Part shown: positions 27,204 to 37,342 of the stretch, piece by piece
How the letters are laid out: every line of letters starts with the position of its first letter
Position numbering within the stretch: position 1 is the stretch's first letter
Virus record (IMG/VR): IMGVR_UViG_3300033993_002218
Coordinates: 64,001-122,581 of that record
Source of the DNA: a virus
Lineage: Duplodnaviria; Heunggongvirae; Uroviricota; Caudoviricetes
Length of the DNA: 58,581 bases
Direction: 5' to 3' (one strand)
Made by a program: the position numbers and the translations under genes
Notes under the pieces: model-generated
The model's database searches: none
Told to the model about the DNA's origin: nothing
The model's input: the letters and a program-made list of their open reading frames with translations, nothing else

Positions 27204-29077
27204 TATAGGTACGCAAGATCGAGTAGAAGTTTATTCTTGATAAAATTATTTAACAATTTAGATTCACTGATTGTTGGTGTTTGTGATTGTTGTGGAGAAG
27301 AATAAGATACTTGAGGCATTTGTGGTTGAATATCTTCAATGATTAAAAGTTGAGGCCCTTTTCTTTCGGGAGTCATTGCATCAGGTTGTGTTACTCTTGA
27401 AGGTGGTGTTGTAATTTGTGCAGGTGTTTCTTTACTTGCTTGAGTATTAAATGGTGCAAATTTGCTATATTTTGTAAGTGCATCAAATCTTCCGGATAAT
27501 TGATACTTATCCCATCCAGTTCCTGCTTCCCAATGAAGATGAGGTCCTGTTGCCCTTCCAGTCATACCAACTTTTCCTATTACCTCACCTTTCTTGACTG
27601 GACCTCCACGCTTATATCCAGATTGCATGTGCCCATATAAATGATAAATTCCAAGATTATCTTTCATTACTAAAAAGTTTCCCCATCCTTTTTCATAATC
27701 TGAATCGACAATTTGACCATCGGAAATTGCTCTTAATGGGGTTCCCGAAGGAACTAGCAAATCAACCCCACCATGATTTCTTCCAGCACCAAGACGATCA
27801 CCAACTTTTGGATTTATATTTCCCACAGGAACTTGTCGTATTTGTGGTTGTATTGAAGGAGTAGAAACTGTTTGTTGAGAAAATGTAGTAGGTGTTTTTC
27901 TTGCCTGTTGAATTATAGATTGTTCTCTTCCAGTAAATCTTGCCTTACTGGCAGCATCCCATCCCCAAGGTTGTATTCCTCTTGTTTTAATTAAATATAA
28001 TCCAGCTTTATCTTGTGTTTGTTGATCAAACCTATCAGAGACTTTAATTATTTTATTATCAACAATACCCTTTAAGGTGTCTGGAATAATTTGATATCTT
28101 CCAGCAGCAAATATACCAACTTTATTTGGACCAGAATACTGATTATTTTTTCTTTGCCTTTCCATAACTTCACCTACTGTCATATCAGTTAATTTTTTAC
28201 TAAGTAATAGGGGTGATGTTGAACTTCCAGATCCATAAATTCCACTCATTCCATTACCACCTTGATTCATGGCATTATATCCATCACCAGTTCTATCACT
28301 ACTAACAGATTCATATTTTGCAATAATATCAAGTGCTTCTTTATGAATACCAGTTACTGTTCTCATTTCTCCTTGAGATGTAGGAGGAAACATCGTATCA
28401 GGTCTATCTTCATCAAGTGCTGGTGCTTCTTCACCAGTTTCTAAAGACTTATTCAGTGGTGTTGTAAACAATTTGAATGTTTCTGTAAGGTCATCACCTA
28501 ATCCTTGAACTGCAAGATTTAATTCATTAAAAGATTTTGCCACACTTCCGTCACTAAACTCATTCAGATCAAGATTAATAATCGCACTAAAAGAATTTTT
28601 CAAAACAGATCCAAAAGATTGTAGTATCAATTCCATATTACCAACCATATTATACATTGATTTTCCAAACATTTGAATTCTGGAAATAAATTCCTTTCCC
28701 ATAAAAATCCATGTGGGTAAATTCTCTGCGATCCAACCAGCAAATGTAAATCCCAGAAATCCTAATAATCTACCAAAAGGCCCCTTATCACTTCTTCCAG
28801 CAAAAGCAAGTCCTAATGATGGTTTAGTTGATACTTTTGCAGACTCAATTTGATCTTCGAGTTCTTGCCTTTTAGATGCCTCTCTTCTTCGAGAACTAAT
28901 AATTTCAGAATTTGCAAATAATTCCTTTTTAATTCTTGTATTTGATGAAATAATTTTAGAAATATTGGATACAGAATCATTAACTGTAGAAACACTTCTT
29001 TTCGTCTCAGATAAAGACTTAGAAATATTGTTAATGTTAATAGTAGATTTTTTAAGAGAATCTGTTACTATTGTCAT
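27203..29077 (-). CDS. Baseplate hub/tape-measure-like protein with lysozyme-like and M23 peptidase domains
   Basis: IIAKYES...YNA...AAGRYQIIPDTL (lysozyme-like); HGGVDL...YGHM...TGPHLHWE (M23). Confidence 0.8.
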   Translation of the reverse strand: MTIVTDSLKKSTININNISKSLSETKRSVSTVNDSVSNISKIISSNTRIKKELFANSEIISSRRREASKRQELEDQIESAKVSTKPSLGLAFAGRSDKGPFGRLLGFLGFTFAGWIAENLPTWIFMGKEFISRIQMFGKSMYNMVGNMELILQSFGSVLKNSFSAIINLDLNEFSDGSVAKSFNELNLAVQGLGDDLTETFKLFTTPLNKSLETGEEAPALDEDRPDTMFPPTSQGEMRTVTGIHKEALDIIAKYESVSSDRTGDGYNAMNQGGNGMSGIYGSGSSTSPLLLSKKLTDMTVGEVMERQRKNNQYSGPNKVGIFAAGRYQIIPDTLKGIVDNKIIKVSDRFDQQTQDKAGLYLIKTRGIQPWGWDAASKARFTGREQSIIQQARKTPTTFSQQTVSTPSIQPQIRQVPVGNINPKVGDRLGAGRNHGGVDLLVPSGTPLRAISDGQIVDSDYEKGWGNFLVMKDNLGIYHLYGHMQSGYKRGGPVKKGEVIGKVGMTGRATGPHLHWEAGTGWDKYQLSGRFDALTKYSKFAPFNTQASKETPAQITTPPSRVTQPDAMTPERKGPQLLIIEDIQPQMPQVSYSSPQQSQTPTISESKLLNNFIKNKLLLDLAYL

Positions 29078-29078
29078 A

Positions 29079-30731
29079 TTACATCACCACATTATAACTT
29101 AACTGAGAATATAAAACATAAAAATTATCGGGGTTTGCAGAGTTGATTAAAGGAACATCAGATAATGCTCCATTTGTTAATGGAGCAATTGGTGGTTGAT
29201 TTGAATTATTTGATGTTTTGATCATTGTCAACGATGGTTTTGGTTCTGGCAATTGTCCAACTTGTTGAGGCATTTTAAGTGGTATTGATACTTGTGCTGG
29301 TGATGGAGTTGTTTCTGAAGTTTGAGTGTTTGGTTGTGGAGAAACCACCGCAGGAGATGGATCTTTCAGTTTCATTTCATTCCAATCATATCCTTTCGTT
29401 TTTGCCCAATCTTTTGCTTGTTGCTTTTCTTCCTGACTCATCTGATTCCATGCACTTTCAATTCTACCTCTTGCGAAAGAATTATTTCTATATTGCCATG
29501 CTTGCTCAAATTTTGAAACCATATCAGCACTCGGTTGTGCTGTTGCTGGAGCAGGAGCAGGAGCAGCAGAAGATTCTGGGCTCCCCATCATTGGTGTTTG
29601 TGGTGTTGCTACTGGTGTTGGTGTTATTGGTGCCGATGGTGCCGTTTTTGGTGAAGCATCGGGTGATTTTTTTGAAGATGTTGGTAGTTTATTATTTTGA
29701 TTACCACTTATAAAAATTTTTGCAATCTCATCAACCTTTTGATTTAATGCAGAATCAGTAAAAATGTTTTTACCAAATGCTTCAGCAATTTCATCAGCAG
29801 TAAAGGCAATACCAGCTACTGTTCCAATTGCTCCAAGTGGACCAGGTGCTTTAGCAGCAAAAGATAGGGCAGATAAAGTAGCATCAACAAATTCTTTATT
29901 GTTAAGATTCATTAATCCACTTAAAAAGGTAACAAATTTACCAACTCCCCCAAGCATCCCACCTGCTTTTGGGTTTCCTCCTGGTGAAGGAATTCTAGGT
30001 AATAATGCTGCAGCAATTGCTAGTGGTTTTGCAATTAGTAATCTTGTTAATCCAGAAGCAATTTTACCAATCGTATTCTTAACTAAAGAAAATCCAGTTC
30101 TAATCGCCAATAATCCACCACCAACTATTGCCAAATTCTTCAGAATATTAAACTTAATATCATTAAATAATTTTGTGTTATTTTCTTCAGATGCCCTCAT
30201 GGCATCTACAACTTGCTTAGTTAACCAACCACCAAATAAAATTGCAAGAGCATTTTTAATATTTACAAAAACATCATTTACTTTTGGAACTAATCTTTGA
30301 ACTGGGGCAGCAATTGCATTTTGTATATTCTGTTCAATCTCACTTTCTTTACCAATTCTAATTTTCCTTTCAGTTAATCTTCTTTCTCTTTCTTGTTCTT
30401 CTTTCGTTTTTGATATTTCTTGAGTATTATCTTGTTGAAGAAGTAGTGCAATACTTGCAAGACCAGTTCCTAATTTACCAATATCAGTTCTTAATGCCTG
30501 AATATTAGAACTAAATCCCAAAAGTGCTTGCTCTTGAGATTGAATAACTCTGGTATTTTGTGTGTCAACTTCTTTTTTTCTATTTTCAGATTCTAGTAAT
30601 TCATTTCTGAAAACAGATCTATCAATTGTAGATTTTTTTAAAAGAGTATTCCTAACTTCCTGAGACAAAGGAGAACCAGTAACTGGATCAAATCCTGTAG
30701 TACTAACTTTTTCCGGATCTAACTCAGCCAT
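29079..30731 (-). CDS. Baseplate hub / tape-measure-like protein
   Basis: Coiled-coil N-terminus and low-complexity P/A-rich linker; synteny after gp51. Confidence 0.55.
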   Translation of the reverse strand: MAELDPEKVSTTGFDPVTGSPLSQEVRNTLLKKSTIDRSVFRNELLESENRKKEVDTQNTRVIQSQEQALLGFSSNIQALRTDIGKLGTGLASIALLLQQDNTQEISKTKEEQERERRLTERKIRIGKESEIEQNIQNAIAAPVQRLVPKVNDVFVNIKNALAILFGGWLTKQVVDAMRASEENNTKLFNDIKFNILKNLAIVGGGLLAIRTGFSLVKNTIGKIASGLTRLLIAKPLAIAAALLPRIPSPGGNPKAGGMLGGVGKFVTFLSGLMNLNNKEFVDATLSALSFAAKAPGPLGAIGTVAGIAFTADEIAEAFGKNIFTDSALNQKVDEIAKIFISGNQNNKLPTSSKKSPDASPKTAPSAPITPTPVATPQTPMMGSPESSAAPAPAPATAQPSADMVSKFEQAWQYRNNSFARGRIESAWNQMSQEEKQQAKDWAKTKGYDWNEMKLKDPSPAVVSPQPNTQTSETTPSPAQVSIPLKMPQQVGQLPEPKPSLTMIKTSNNSNQPPIAPLTNGALSDVPLINSANPDNFYVLYSQLSYNVVM

Positions 30732-30897
30732 TTGTACTGTTTTTTAGGTTTTCTTCTTCAATATATTGTTTAATAAGGGCAATATAAATCTCTCTCTCCC
30801 AAGGCATCATGTTTTCAAGTTCAGTCAATGAATATTTATGATGCTGCAAGAGGGAAAAATTAGTTCTATAGTATGACTCAAGATTTTCATGAGCCAT
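30724..30897 (-). CDS. gp51: Baseplate hub assembly catalyst gp51
   Basis: Manual translation: MAHENLESYYRTNFSLLQHHKYSLTELENMMPWEREIYIALIKQYIEEEN... Confidence 0.85.
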   Translation of the reverse strand: MAHENLESYYRTNFSLLQHHKYSLTELENMMPWEREIYIALIKQYIEEENLKNSTNG

Positions 30898-30899
30898 TC

Positions 30900-31619
30900 C
30901 TAGGCGAAAAAACTTGTTAATCCTTCCAGAATCACTTCACTTTCAACTTGTGTATTTGGATTTTTAATTTTAAGTATATGAGAAAGTTTAGGCATAGTTG
31001 AAAAAAATCTTTCAATTTCTTTAAACTGATTAGATGTTAATTGTTCAATAAATTCCGAAAGTTCTTTTTTTGTACAATCAGATGCAGACCAAGATTCTTC
31101 TTCACTATAAACTTGCTCAATACAAGATAGGACTAGATCAAAGGTATCATCAACACTCATATTGAAATTGTTTCCAAAGTTTGTCTTAATAAATTCTTTC
31201 ATTGATGGATATTTCATTCTAAGAGTTAGATTATCATCTAGTTTAATATCTTTAGAATGATTTTCATCAATCGTTACTTTAATCTCATCAAGATTAATGC
31301 TAACTGGAACTTGAGTTTTTTCATCATCAGGACAAGTGATCAAAACATCTACACTTTCTCCAACAGATTTTCCTCGAATATTTAAAAACAAATATTCAAT
31401 ATCAAAAGTTGCAAGTTGATCAACTTTAATTCCTTTTGTCAAAATACAATTACTAATTACAGTTTTAACCGCATCAGCAATTTGCTTCGAATCTTCACTT
31501 TCCATTGCAATAATTAAAATCTTTTCTTCCTTTACCAGAAAGGGACGAAATTTAATTTCTTTTTTAATAGATGGAATTTCTAAAGTATACGAAGGAGTTG
31601 CAATTGTAGGTAATGGCAT
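30900..31619 (-). CDS. gp26: Baseplate hub subunit gp26
   Basis: MPLPTIATPSYTLEIPS...FRPFLVKEEKIL...FDIEYLFLNIRGKSVGE. Confidence 0.9.
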   Translation of the reverse strand: MPLPTIATPSYTLEIPSIKKEIKFRPFLVKEEKILIIAMESEDSKQIADAVKTVISNCILTKGIKVDQLATFDIEYLFLNIRGKSVGESVDVLITCPDDEKTQVPVSINLDEIKVTIDENHSKDIKLDDNLTLRMKYPSMKEFIKTNFGNNFNMSVDDTFDLVLSCIEQVYSEEESWSASDCTKKELSEFIEQLTSNQFKEIERFFSTMPKLSHILKIKNPNTQVESEVILEGLTSFFA

Positions 31620-31647
31620 AATAACCCATAAAATCAGATAAAATTAT

Positions 31648-32463
31648 TTATCTGTACTTTTGAAGTCCTTTACCATAGAGAGATTCGTATAATGTTTCTC
31701 CAGCAGGATATAATTCAACTCCATTTGAAGGTATTGATCCTGGAGATCTTGGAACCAATCTTGGAGTAGGTTGCCTTGGTGCTTCCTGTTTTGGTTGCTT
31801 CGGATCATTATTATTATTTTCTCCTCTAAAAATATTTAAACTATAAGATTTTCCAATTACATAACGATCAATCTTAAATGTTGCTTGCATTTTCATTATA
31901 TCAGACTGAGAGTATGAGACTGGAATTGATGCAATCGAATAAGGATATAGTCCTATAAAGGTATATTCAATTTCTTTATTATAATCACGATCAAATTTTA
32001 TAATACTAGTTCTATTTGACTTGTAGTATTCTGGATATTGCATTCTTATAAAATATCCACTATCCACATTATCACTAATTGGAGGATTTGTTCCATCTAT
32101 TGGATATGTAGAACCACTCGCCACAAATTCCATCCAATGCTCCAAAAATTTCAAAGTATTATAATTTTTATCAACATAAAATTCAAGACTTATATCTTGA
32201 TATTGTCTACGATGAGCAAATGTTTCGGTAATTCCTATATAATTTCCAGCAACATCTACTGTAGCAATTTGAGTTGTTGGAAGAACAGCATTATTACATA
32301 ATAAACCAGCATCTTCTGCAATAAATCTAGATGTAACTCCTCTCTGAAGAAGATATCCAGTTAGTTGACTAGGAAGACCTCCAAATTTAACTTGATAATG
32401 AGAAGTTTGAGCAAGATTAGTAAATAAAGGTCTTATATCTGATATTTTACGGGGCGTTGCCAC
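31648..32463 (-). CDS. Tail-tube-fold baseplate protein (gp54/gp19-like)
   Basis: ETFAHRRQYQDISLEFYVD...FLEHWMEF; synteny. Confidence 0.65.
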   Translation of the reverse strand: MATPRKISDIRPLFTNLAQTSHYQVKFGGLPSQLTGYLLQRGVTSRFIAEDAGLLCNNAVLPTTQIATVDVAGNYIGITETFAHRRQYQDISLEFYVDKNYNTLKFLEHWMEFVASGSTYPIDGTNPPISDNVDSGYFIRMQYPEYYKSNRTSIIKFDRDYNKEIEYTFIGLYPYSIASIPVSYSQSDIMKMQATFKIDRYVIGKSYSLNIFRGENNNNDPKQPKQEAPRQPTPRLVPRSPGSIPSNGVELYPAGETLYESLYGKGLQKYR

Positions 32464-32464
32464 T

Positions 32465-32503
32465 CTAAATACCTATTGTGAGTTTCTTATTGTAAGTATT
32501 TAG
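32465..32503. promoter_or_regulatory. Back-to-back late promoters (CTAAATA on each strand)
   Basis: CTAAATA at 32465-32471 (+) and at 32497-32503 (-), at the divergence point. Confidence 0.65.
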
Positions 32504-32941
32504 ATGTCATATAAGGGAAAATATCAACCATCCTTTCCTGAAAAATATAATGGTGATCCAACAAATATCATCTATAGGTCTTTATGGGAAAGAAAGTTTT
32601 GTGTCTATTGTGATACAAATCAAAACATCATATCTTGGGAATCTGAAGAAAAAGCAATTCCTTATCGCTCACCAATAGACGGAAAAATTCACAGATACTA
32701 CCCCGACTTTCTCATAAAAGTAAAAGAACCTAATGGTTCAATCAAAAAATATATGATTGAGGTTAAACCTAAAAAGCAAACTGCACCCCCTCCTAAACCT
32801 CAAAGACAAACAAAAAGATATATTAGTGAAGTTTATGAATATGCTAAGAATCAGGCAAAATGGGAGGCAGCAAAAGAATGGTGTGCTGATCGTGGTTATG
32901 AATTTAAAATCATCACAGAAGATAACCTAAACATCCGTTAA
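32504..32941 (+). CDS. gp4: Head completion protein gp4
   Basis: YKGKY.P..PEKY.GDP.NIIYRSLWERKF...YYPDF...IEVKP. Confidence 0.92.
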   Translation: MSYKGKYQPSFPEKYNGDPTNIIYRSLWERKFCVYCDTNQNIISWESEEKAIPYRSPIDGKIHRYYPDFLIKVKEPNGSIKKYMIEVKPKKQTAPPPKPQRQTKRYISEVYEYAKNQAKWEAAKEWCADRGYEFKIITEDNLNIR

Positions 32942-32945
32942 TTAA

Positions 32946-33527
32946 ATGGCACTCACAGGATACGAAAAACCATTAAAGGATTATACAAAGAAACAGTTGG
33001 TTGAGATAGCAAAATCATATACAGTTTATTATCAAACAGCGAGTGGGATAGGAAAACTTAGTGGATATGATAGATTAACTAAAGAAGTATTGATTAATAT
33101 TATCAAAACTGATCTTGATTATGTTGAAGCAAATCCACAATTACCAAGAAGAGTTGGTTCGAAGAAAAAAACAAATCAGCTTAAAAATTTAAAAGAATCT
33201 TTATTAGGAGGTGAAAGACCAGAAGAACTTATGAATGAAATATTAACAAGATTGAGTGGAAGTGAAGTCTCTTTTCCAACTCCAGGAAAATATTATACTT
33301 ACATCTATTATGCAAAAACACCAAGAATTCGTTATGATCGACATCCACTGATTCGTGCAGGTGATATTCTACCAAGAGGATTCAGAGGGTTTAATTTTCA
33401 TCTTGGAAAAATCAGACAATATAATACACAAGATGGTGATCGATTAGTGAGTGGATTATATGAATTAAGTAGAGAAGAATTTAAAACTCTATTAACAATT
33501 CCTTACGGAAAATTAGTTCAGAACTAA
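32946..33527 (+). CDS. gp2: DNA end protector gp2-like protein
   Basis: PGKYYTYIYYAKTP...YDRHPLI...GF.GFNFH; synteny after gp4. Confidence 0.7.
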   Translation: MALTGYEKPLKDYTKKQLVEIAKSYTVYYQTASGIGKLSGYDRLTKEVLINIIKTDLDYVEANPQLPRRVGSKKKTNQLKNLKESLLGGERPEELMNEILTRLSGSEVSFPTPGKYYTYIYYAKTPRIRYDRHPLIRAGDILPRGFRGFNFHLGKIRQYNTQDGDRLVSGLYELSREEFKTLLTIPYGKLVQN

Positions 33528-33549
33528 TAATAAATAGTTAAAAAAATAA

Positions 33550-34452
33550 ATGTCGGATCCAAAACCTTTTTTAAGATATCCAATAAAAAATATTGGCAAT
33601 CAAGACGATTATTTTAAAATTCAAATTATTAAATATGAACCACCTGGTCTCGGTTTAACCGGAGGTTTTGCATTACAGACAACAGAAAATGCACTAAAAG
33701 GTGTTAAAACTGCGATAGAAACTATTATACTTCCAATGCCAGCAAATATTCAAGATAATAATGCTGCGGATTGGACTTCTGGATCAATGAATCCTCTTCA
33801 AGGAGCAATTGTCAATGCTGCCTCTTCCGCTACTCTAAGTTCAAATCTATTTGGATCTCTTGCAGAGTCTTTTAAAAAATTTGGATCCAATCTTGACAGC
33901 GCAATACAAAGTGGAGAAGGGCAGCAAGCAATAGCAGCAGGAACTGCCGCTGCGGCATTGTCAGCAGCATTAGGTCAAGGAGATATAAATCAAATAATAT
34001 CAAGAGCAAGAGGAAATGTATTTAACCAGAATGTTGAACTACTCTTCAATGGTGTAACACTGCGTCCAGCATTTAATTTCACTTTTGATATGGTTCCAAG
34101 ATCTAAAAAAGAAAGTGACATGATTAAAAAGATAATTCGAAGTTTTAAGCAAAATATGACTCCAAGAAAAGGAACTCCCGAAAATTCAGGTGGAGGTCTT
34201 TTCGTTAAAGCACCAAATGTCTTTAAATTGCAGTACATGAGTGGAGGAATTCAACATCCATTCTTACATCGTTTTAAACCATGTGCTCTAACACAAATGA
34301 ATGTAAATTATAATGGTTCAGCACAATATTCAACATATCCTGATGCAACACCAGTACATATGCAACTGACATTACAATTTCAAGAGTTATCTCCAATTTA
34401 TGCGGAGGAATATGATAATACAGAAGAAGGTAGAACTGGAGTTGGTTACTAA
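33550..34452 (+). CDS. gp48: Baseplate tail-tube cap gp48
   Basis: NQNVELLFNGVTLR.F.F.F.M.PRS..ES..IK.IIR.FK. Confidence 0.85.
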   Translation: MSDPKPFLRYPIKNIGNQDDYFKIQIIKYEPPGLGLTGGFALQTTENALKGVKTAIETIILPMPANIQDNNAADWTSGSMNPLQGAIVNAASSATLSSNLFGSLAESFKKFGSNLDSAIQSGEGQQAIAAGTAAAALSAALGQGDINQIISRARGNVFNQNVELLFNGVTLRPAFNFTFDMVPRSKKESDMIKKIIRSFKQNMTPRKGTPENSGGGLFVKAPNVFKLQYMSGGIQHPFLHRFKPCALTQMNVNYNGSAQYSTYPDATPVHMQLTLQFQELSPIYAEEYDNTEEGRTGVGY

Positions 34453-35138
34453 TGTCTTACTTTAGAGAACTACCAAATTTAGAATATCAATCTTTCCTCT
34501 CAGATAAACAGTCTGTTGATAATTATTTGCTTGTAAAGAATTTATTTCGTCGCGTAAAACTTCGTGATGATCTTCAAAATGTTTTTACTATCTTTAACAA
34601 ATATCAAATTACAGATGGATCAAGACCAGATCTTGTGGCTGAAGAACTTTATGGAAGTAGTCAATATGATTGGGTAGTCTTAGTATGTGCGGAAATTACC
34701 AGAGTTAGAGATCAATGGCCACTTTCAAATTATCAACTTTACCAGTATGCTGAGGAACTTTATGGTAATGATTTAAATTCAATTCACCATTATGAAACAA
34801 TTGAAGTTAGAGATTCTCAAGGTTGTTTGATTCTTCCTGCAGGAAAAATAGTTGATTCAAACTTCAAAATATCTTATTACGATAAAGGAAAAATTTATAC
34901 AAATGATATTAGTTTAGGTGAAAACATTATAAGTATTCCAAATCCAATAGTAGGTATTAGCAATTATGAATATGAAGTAAGAAAAAATGATGAGAAAAGA
35001 ACAATCTATGTCCTAAAACCAACTTACTTGCAGCAAATAATTAATGATACAAGAAAAGCAATGACTTATGATAGGTCATCGCAATATATAAACAACAGAT
35101 TGATTAAAACCGAAAATACCAGAATATTAAATTCATAA
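34452..35138 (+). CDS. gp53: Baseplate wedge subunit gp53
   Basis: MSYFRELPNLEY...RPDLVAEELYGSSQYDWVVL...QWP. Confidence 0.88.
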   Translation: MSYFRELPNLEYQSFLSDKQSVDNYLLVKNLFRRVKLRDDLQNVFTIFNKYQITDGSRPDLVAEELYGSSQYDWVVLVCAEITRVRDQWPLSNYQLYQYAEELYGNDLNSIHHYETIEVRDSQGCLILPAGKIVDSNFKISYYDKGKIYTNDISLGENIISIPNPIVGISNYEYEVRKNDEKRTIYVLKPTYLQQIINDTRKAMTYDRSSQYINNRLIKTENTRILNS

Positions 35139-35163
35139 AAAAAGGGAGTCCCTTGAACTCCCC
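35137..35163 (-). terminator. Intrinsic terminator after gp32, at the convergence with gp53
   Basis: GGGAGT-TCAAGGG-ACTCCC followed by T7 on the minus strand. Confidence 0.75.
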
Positions 35164-35179
35164 AGATTATAGCAACTAA

Positions 35180-36106
35180 TCAATCATCAGATGCTAATTT
35201 TGCAAAATATGAAAGAGCATCGTCATCATCATCCTCCACAGGTGCAGAAACTGCACGGGTTGGTTTCAGATTATTCAGTTCGCTACGAAGATCATCATTG
35301 AGTTCCTTTGTGGAACCGCGATAATCATCTTCATCCTCAACTTCTTCATCAATACGATTCGAAGTTTTAGCACCCAGAACAGAATCAAGACGCTTCTTCA
35401 GTTCATCATAAGTCTTGTATTCGCTAGGAGAAGTGAATTCTGCAAGAGAATACTGCTTCTTCCAGATTGCTTCCATAGCATCATCATCGTCCAGAAGAGC
35501 ACCCTGAGCGGCAAATTCGCTGGAGTCATAGTTACGATAACCAGCAACGTTCTTTGCCTTCAGTTTGAAGTTAGCACCTTGCCAGAAATCAAATGGATCA
35601 ATAGGAGACTCATCTTCAAATTCAGGTTGCATTGCCTCAGTAAGTTTGTCAAAGATTTTCTTACCATACTTGAACAGGAAGACCTTACCTTCATTATCAG
35701 GATTTGCAGGATCCTTCACAACATAGATATTGCTTACATAAGTCAGTTTGCGCTTTTGCTTACGTGCAACTTCTTTACCAGCATCAGTGCCGTTGTTCCA
35801 CAGACTAGAATTATACTCACAAACAGGACACTTTTGCCCATTCAGAGTGGTCAGGCAGTTATCAATCAACCAACCACCAGGCCCCTGAAAGGCATGAGAA
35901 TAAACCTTCACAAAGGGAAGATCTTCTCCATCGGGAGCAGGAAGAAAACGGATTACGGCATAACCATTACCGCTTTTATCAACGTCTAACTTCCAAAGAC
36001 GGTCATCAGAAGAACCGCTAGTAGTATTCATTTTTTCGACTTCTTTCACCAGTTTGGCGGTGAGAGAACCAAGTTTGGATTGTTTCTTAAGATCGGCAAA
36101 GCCCAT
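35180..36106 (-). CDS. gp32: Single-stranded DNA-binding protein gp32
   Basis: GNGYAVIRFLPA...YSHAFQGPGGW.I.NC.TT...CPVC; acidic tail DDDDDALSYFAKLA. Confidence 0.95.
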   Translation of the reverse strand: MGFADLKKQSKLGSLTAKLVKEVEKMNTTSGSSDDRLWKLDVDKSGNGYAVIRFLPAPDGEDLPFVKVYSHAFQGPGGWLIDNCLTTLNGQKCPVCEYNSSLWNNGTDAGKEVARKQKRKLTYVSNIYVVKDPANPDNEGKVFLFKYGKKIFDKLTEAMQPEFEDESPIDPFDFWQGANFKLKAKNVAGYRNYDSSEFAAQGALLDDDDAMEAIWKKQYSLAEFTSPSEYKTYDELKKRLDSVLGAKTSNRIDEEVEDEDDYRGSTKELNDDLRSELNNLKPTRAVSAPVEDDDDDALSYFAKLASDD

Positions 36107-36148
36107 TTAGATACCTCGGATAAATTGGATTCGTTGGATTACTTGTAT

Positions 36149-36177
36149 AGTATAGCAAAGATTGCTAGATTAGTCAA
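36149..36177 (-). promoter_or_regulatory. Sigma70-type promoter for gp32
   Basis: TTGACT-17 nt-TATACT. Confidence 0.7.
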
Positions 36178-36499
36178 GATACTTCTTGAGAGATTCAATC
36201 GTTTTGTTCATACTTGTGAACAAAACCTGAATATCAGTTTCAGGAGGAAATCCCATTATAGCAACTGATTTTCTCAAATTCTCTTTCATTTCTAATGCTG
36301 CTGGGTCATCAGAAAGAGATAATCTAGTATACATTATACGTTGTTTATCAAGCAAAATTGTAAGTTTTTCAATATGTTCTAATTTTTCTTCACGATCCAT
36401 CATAGCAAAAGTAAGAATACTTCCGTAAAGTTCTTCTTGTAATTTGTTAATTTCTTTCAGTTCATCCTGAATAATTTCAGAATCAAAAAATTTACTCAT
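36170..36499 (-). CDS. Conserved cyanobacterial/cyanophage protein (DUF1825-like)
   Basis: FFDSEIIQDEL.EI..LQ...RLSLSDDP.A. Confidence 0.7.
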   Translation of the reverse strand: MSKFFDSEIIQDELKEINKLQEELYGSILTFAMMDREEKLEHIEKLTILLDKQRIMYTRLSLSDDPAALEMKENLRKSVAIMGFPPETDIQVLFTSMNKTIESLKKYLD

Positions 36500-37082
36500 C
36501 TATAATTTCCCGTAAGATTTTTTTGTATGAGAACACGTCAATATTTAGAAAGGGTTTGTATTTTGATATTTTTAAACTTACGGTTTCCCATACAGGATCC
36601 AAAAGTTTCTTATCAAAATCTTTTGAAAAGTGAAATATTTTGTCGTAGATTACGAAGTTTTCGATAAATAATCTCCCGCTTAGAAACCTTTTGAGAATTG
36701 GTGGATGACCTTTGGTGCAATTGAAGACATCGTTCAATTCGGTTTCCGAGAACAATTCTGTCGATTGCTCCTTGAACAAGTAACTCAAACTCTGCTGTCT
36801 TCGCATCCACTCTGCATATGTTCTTTCTCCAGAATTGATAATTTGTCCAATCCATAAATTCTGCGGGTTGTCTGTTGATATGAAATTTGCTACTAAAAAG
36901 TCTACGACTTCTTTATCATTATACTTTCTTGAAGTTTTCTCAAAAAAATATTTATCGCGCCGTTTGTTAAAAGAAGTGACTGATGCTCTAGTTTTTGCAC
37001 CATATTTGAAAAAATCATATTTAGAGTTAGTAAAGTGGTTTTTTAGTGAAAGATAATGTTGATAGCATTCAAAGGGACTCAT
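36492..37082 (-). CDS. gp59: Helicase loader gp59
   Basis: MSPFECYQHYLSLKNHFT...YDFFKY...FNKRRDKYFFEK; start reassigned to the Met overlapping the gp33 stop. Confidence 0.85.
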   Translation of the reverse strand: MSPFECYQHYLSLKNHFTNSKYDFFKYGAKTRASVTSFNKRRDKYFFEKTSRKYNDKEVVDFLVANFISTDNPQNLWIGQIINSGERTYAEWMRRQQSLSYLFKEQSTELFSETELNDVFNCTKGHPPILKRFLSGRLFIENFVIYDKIFHFSKDFDKKLLDPVWETVSLKISKYKPFLNIDVFSYKKILREIIDE

Positions 37083-37342
37083 TAGATAGGCAAACAAGCA
37101 CGGGAGGTCTTTTTCATAAAATTGAGACGAATTGCATCCCACTTCAGTCGTTCTTTAAGAGGTTTTGAAATAAGTTTCGTAACTGATTCTATTTCAAGAT
37201 TATTAATTTCACAATAATGGCATATTGCATCAATATAATTCATTTTTTCAAGTGCCACAATGCTTTCGATTTCCAGAGCAAATTTAGAAGGAGTTAAAAA
37301 CTTATTTTCTATTGCTTTTTCTAGTTCTTTATTTTGTTCCAT
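37082..37342 (-). CDS. gp33: Late transcription co-activator gp33
   Basis: FLTPSKFALEIE...NYIDAI.HYCE.N.LEIE.V.KLISKPLKE.LK.DA. Confidence 0.88.
   Translation of the reverse strand: MEQNKELEKAIENKFLTPSKFALEIESIVALEKMNYIDAICHYCEINNLEIESVTKLISKPLKERLKWDAIRLNFMKKTSRACLPI

Noticed and set aside
32504-32941. TnsA-like nuclease motif as a transposase
   Set aside because: Sequence and synteny match T4 head-completion gp4; no terminal repeats or partner transposase genes.
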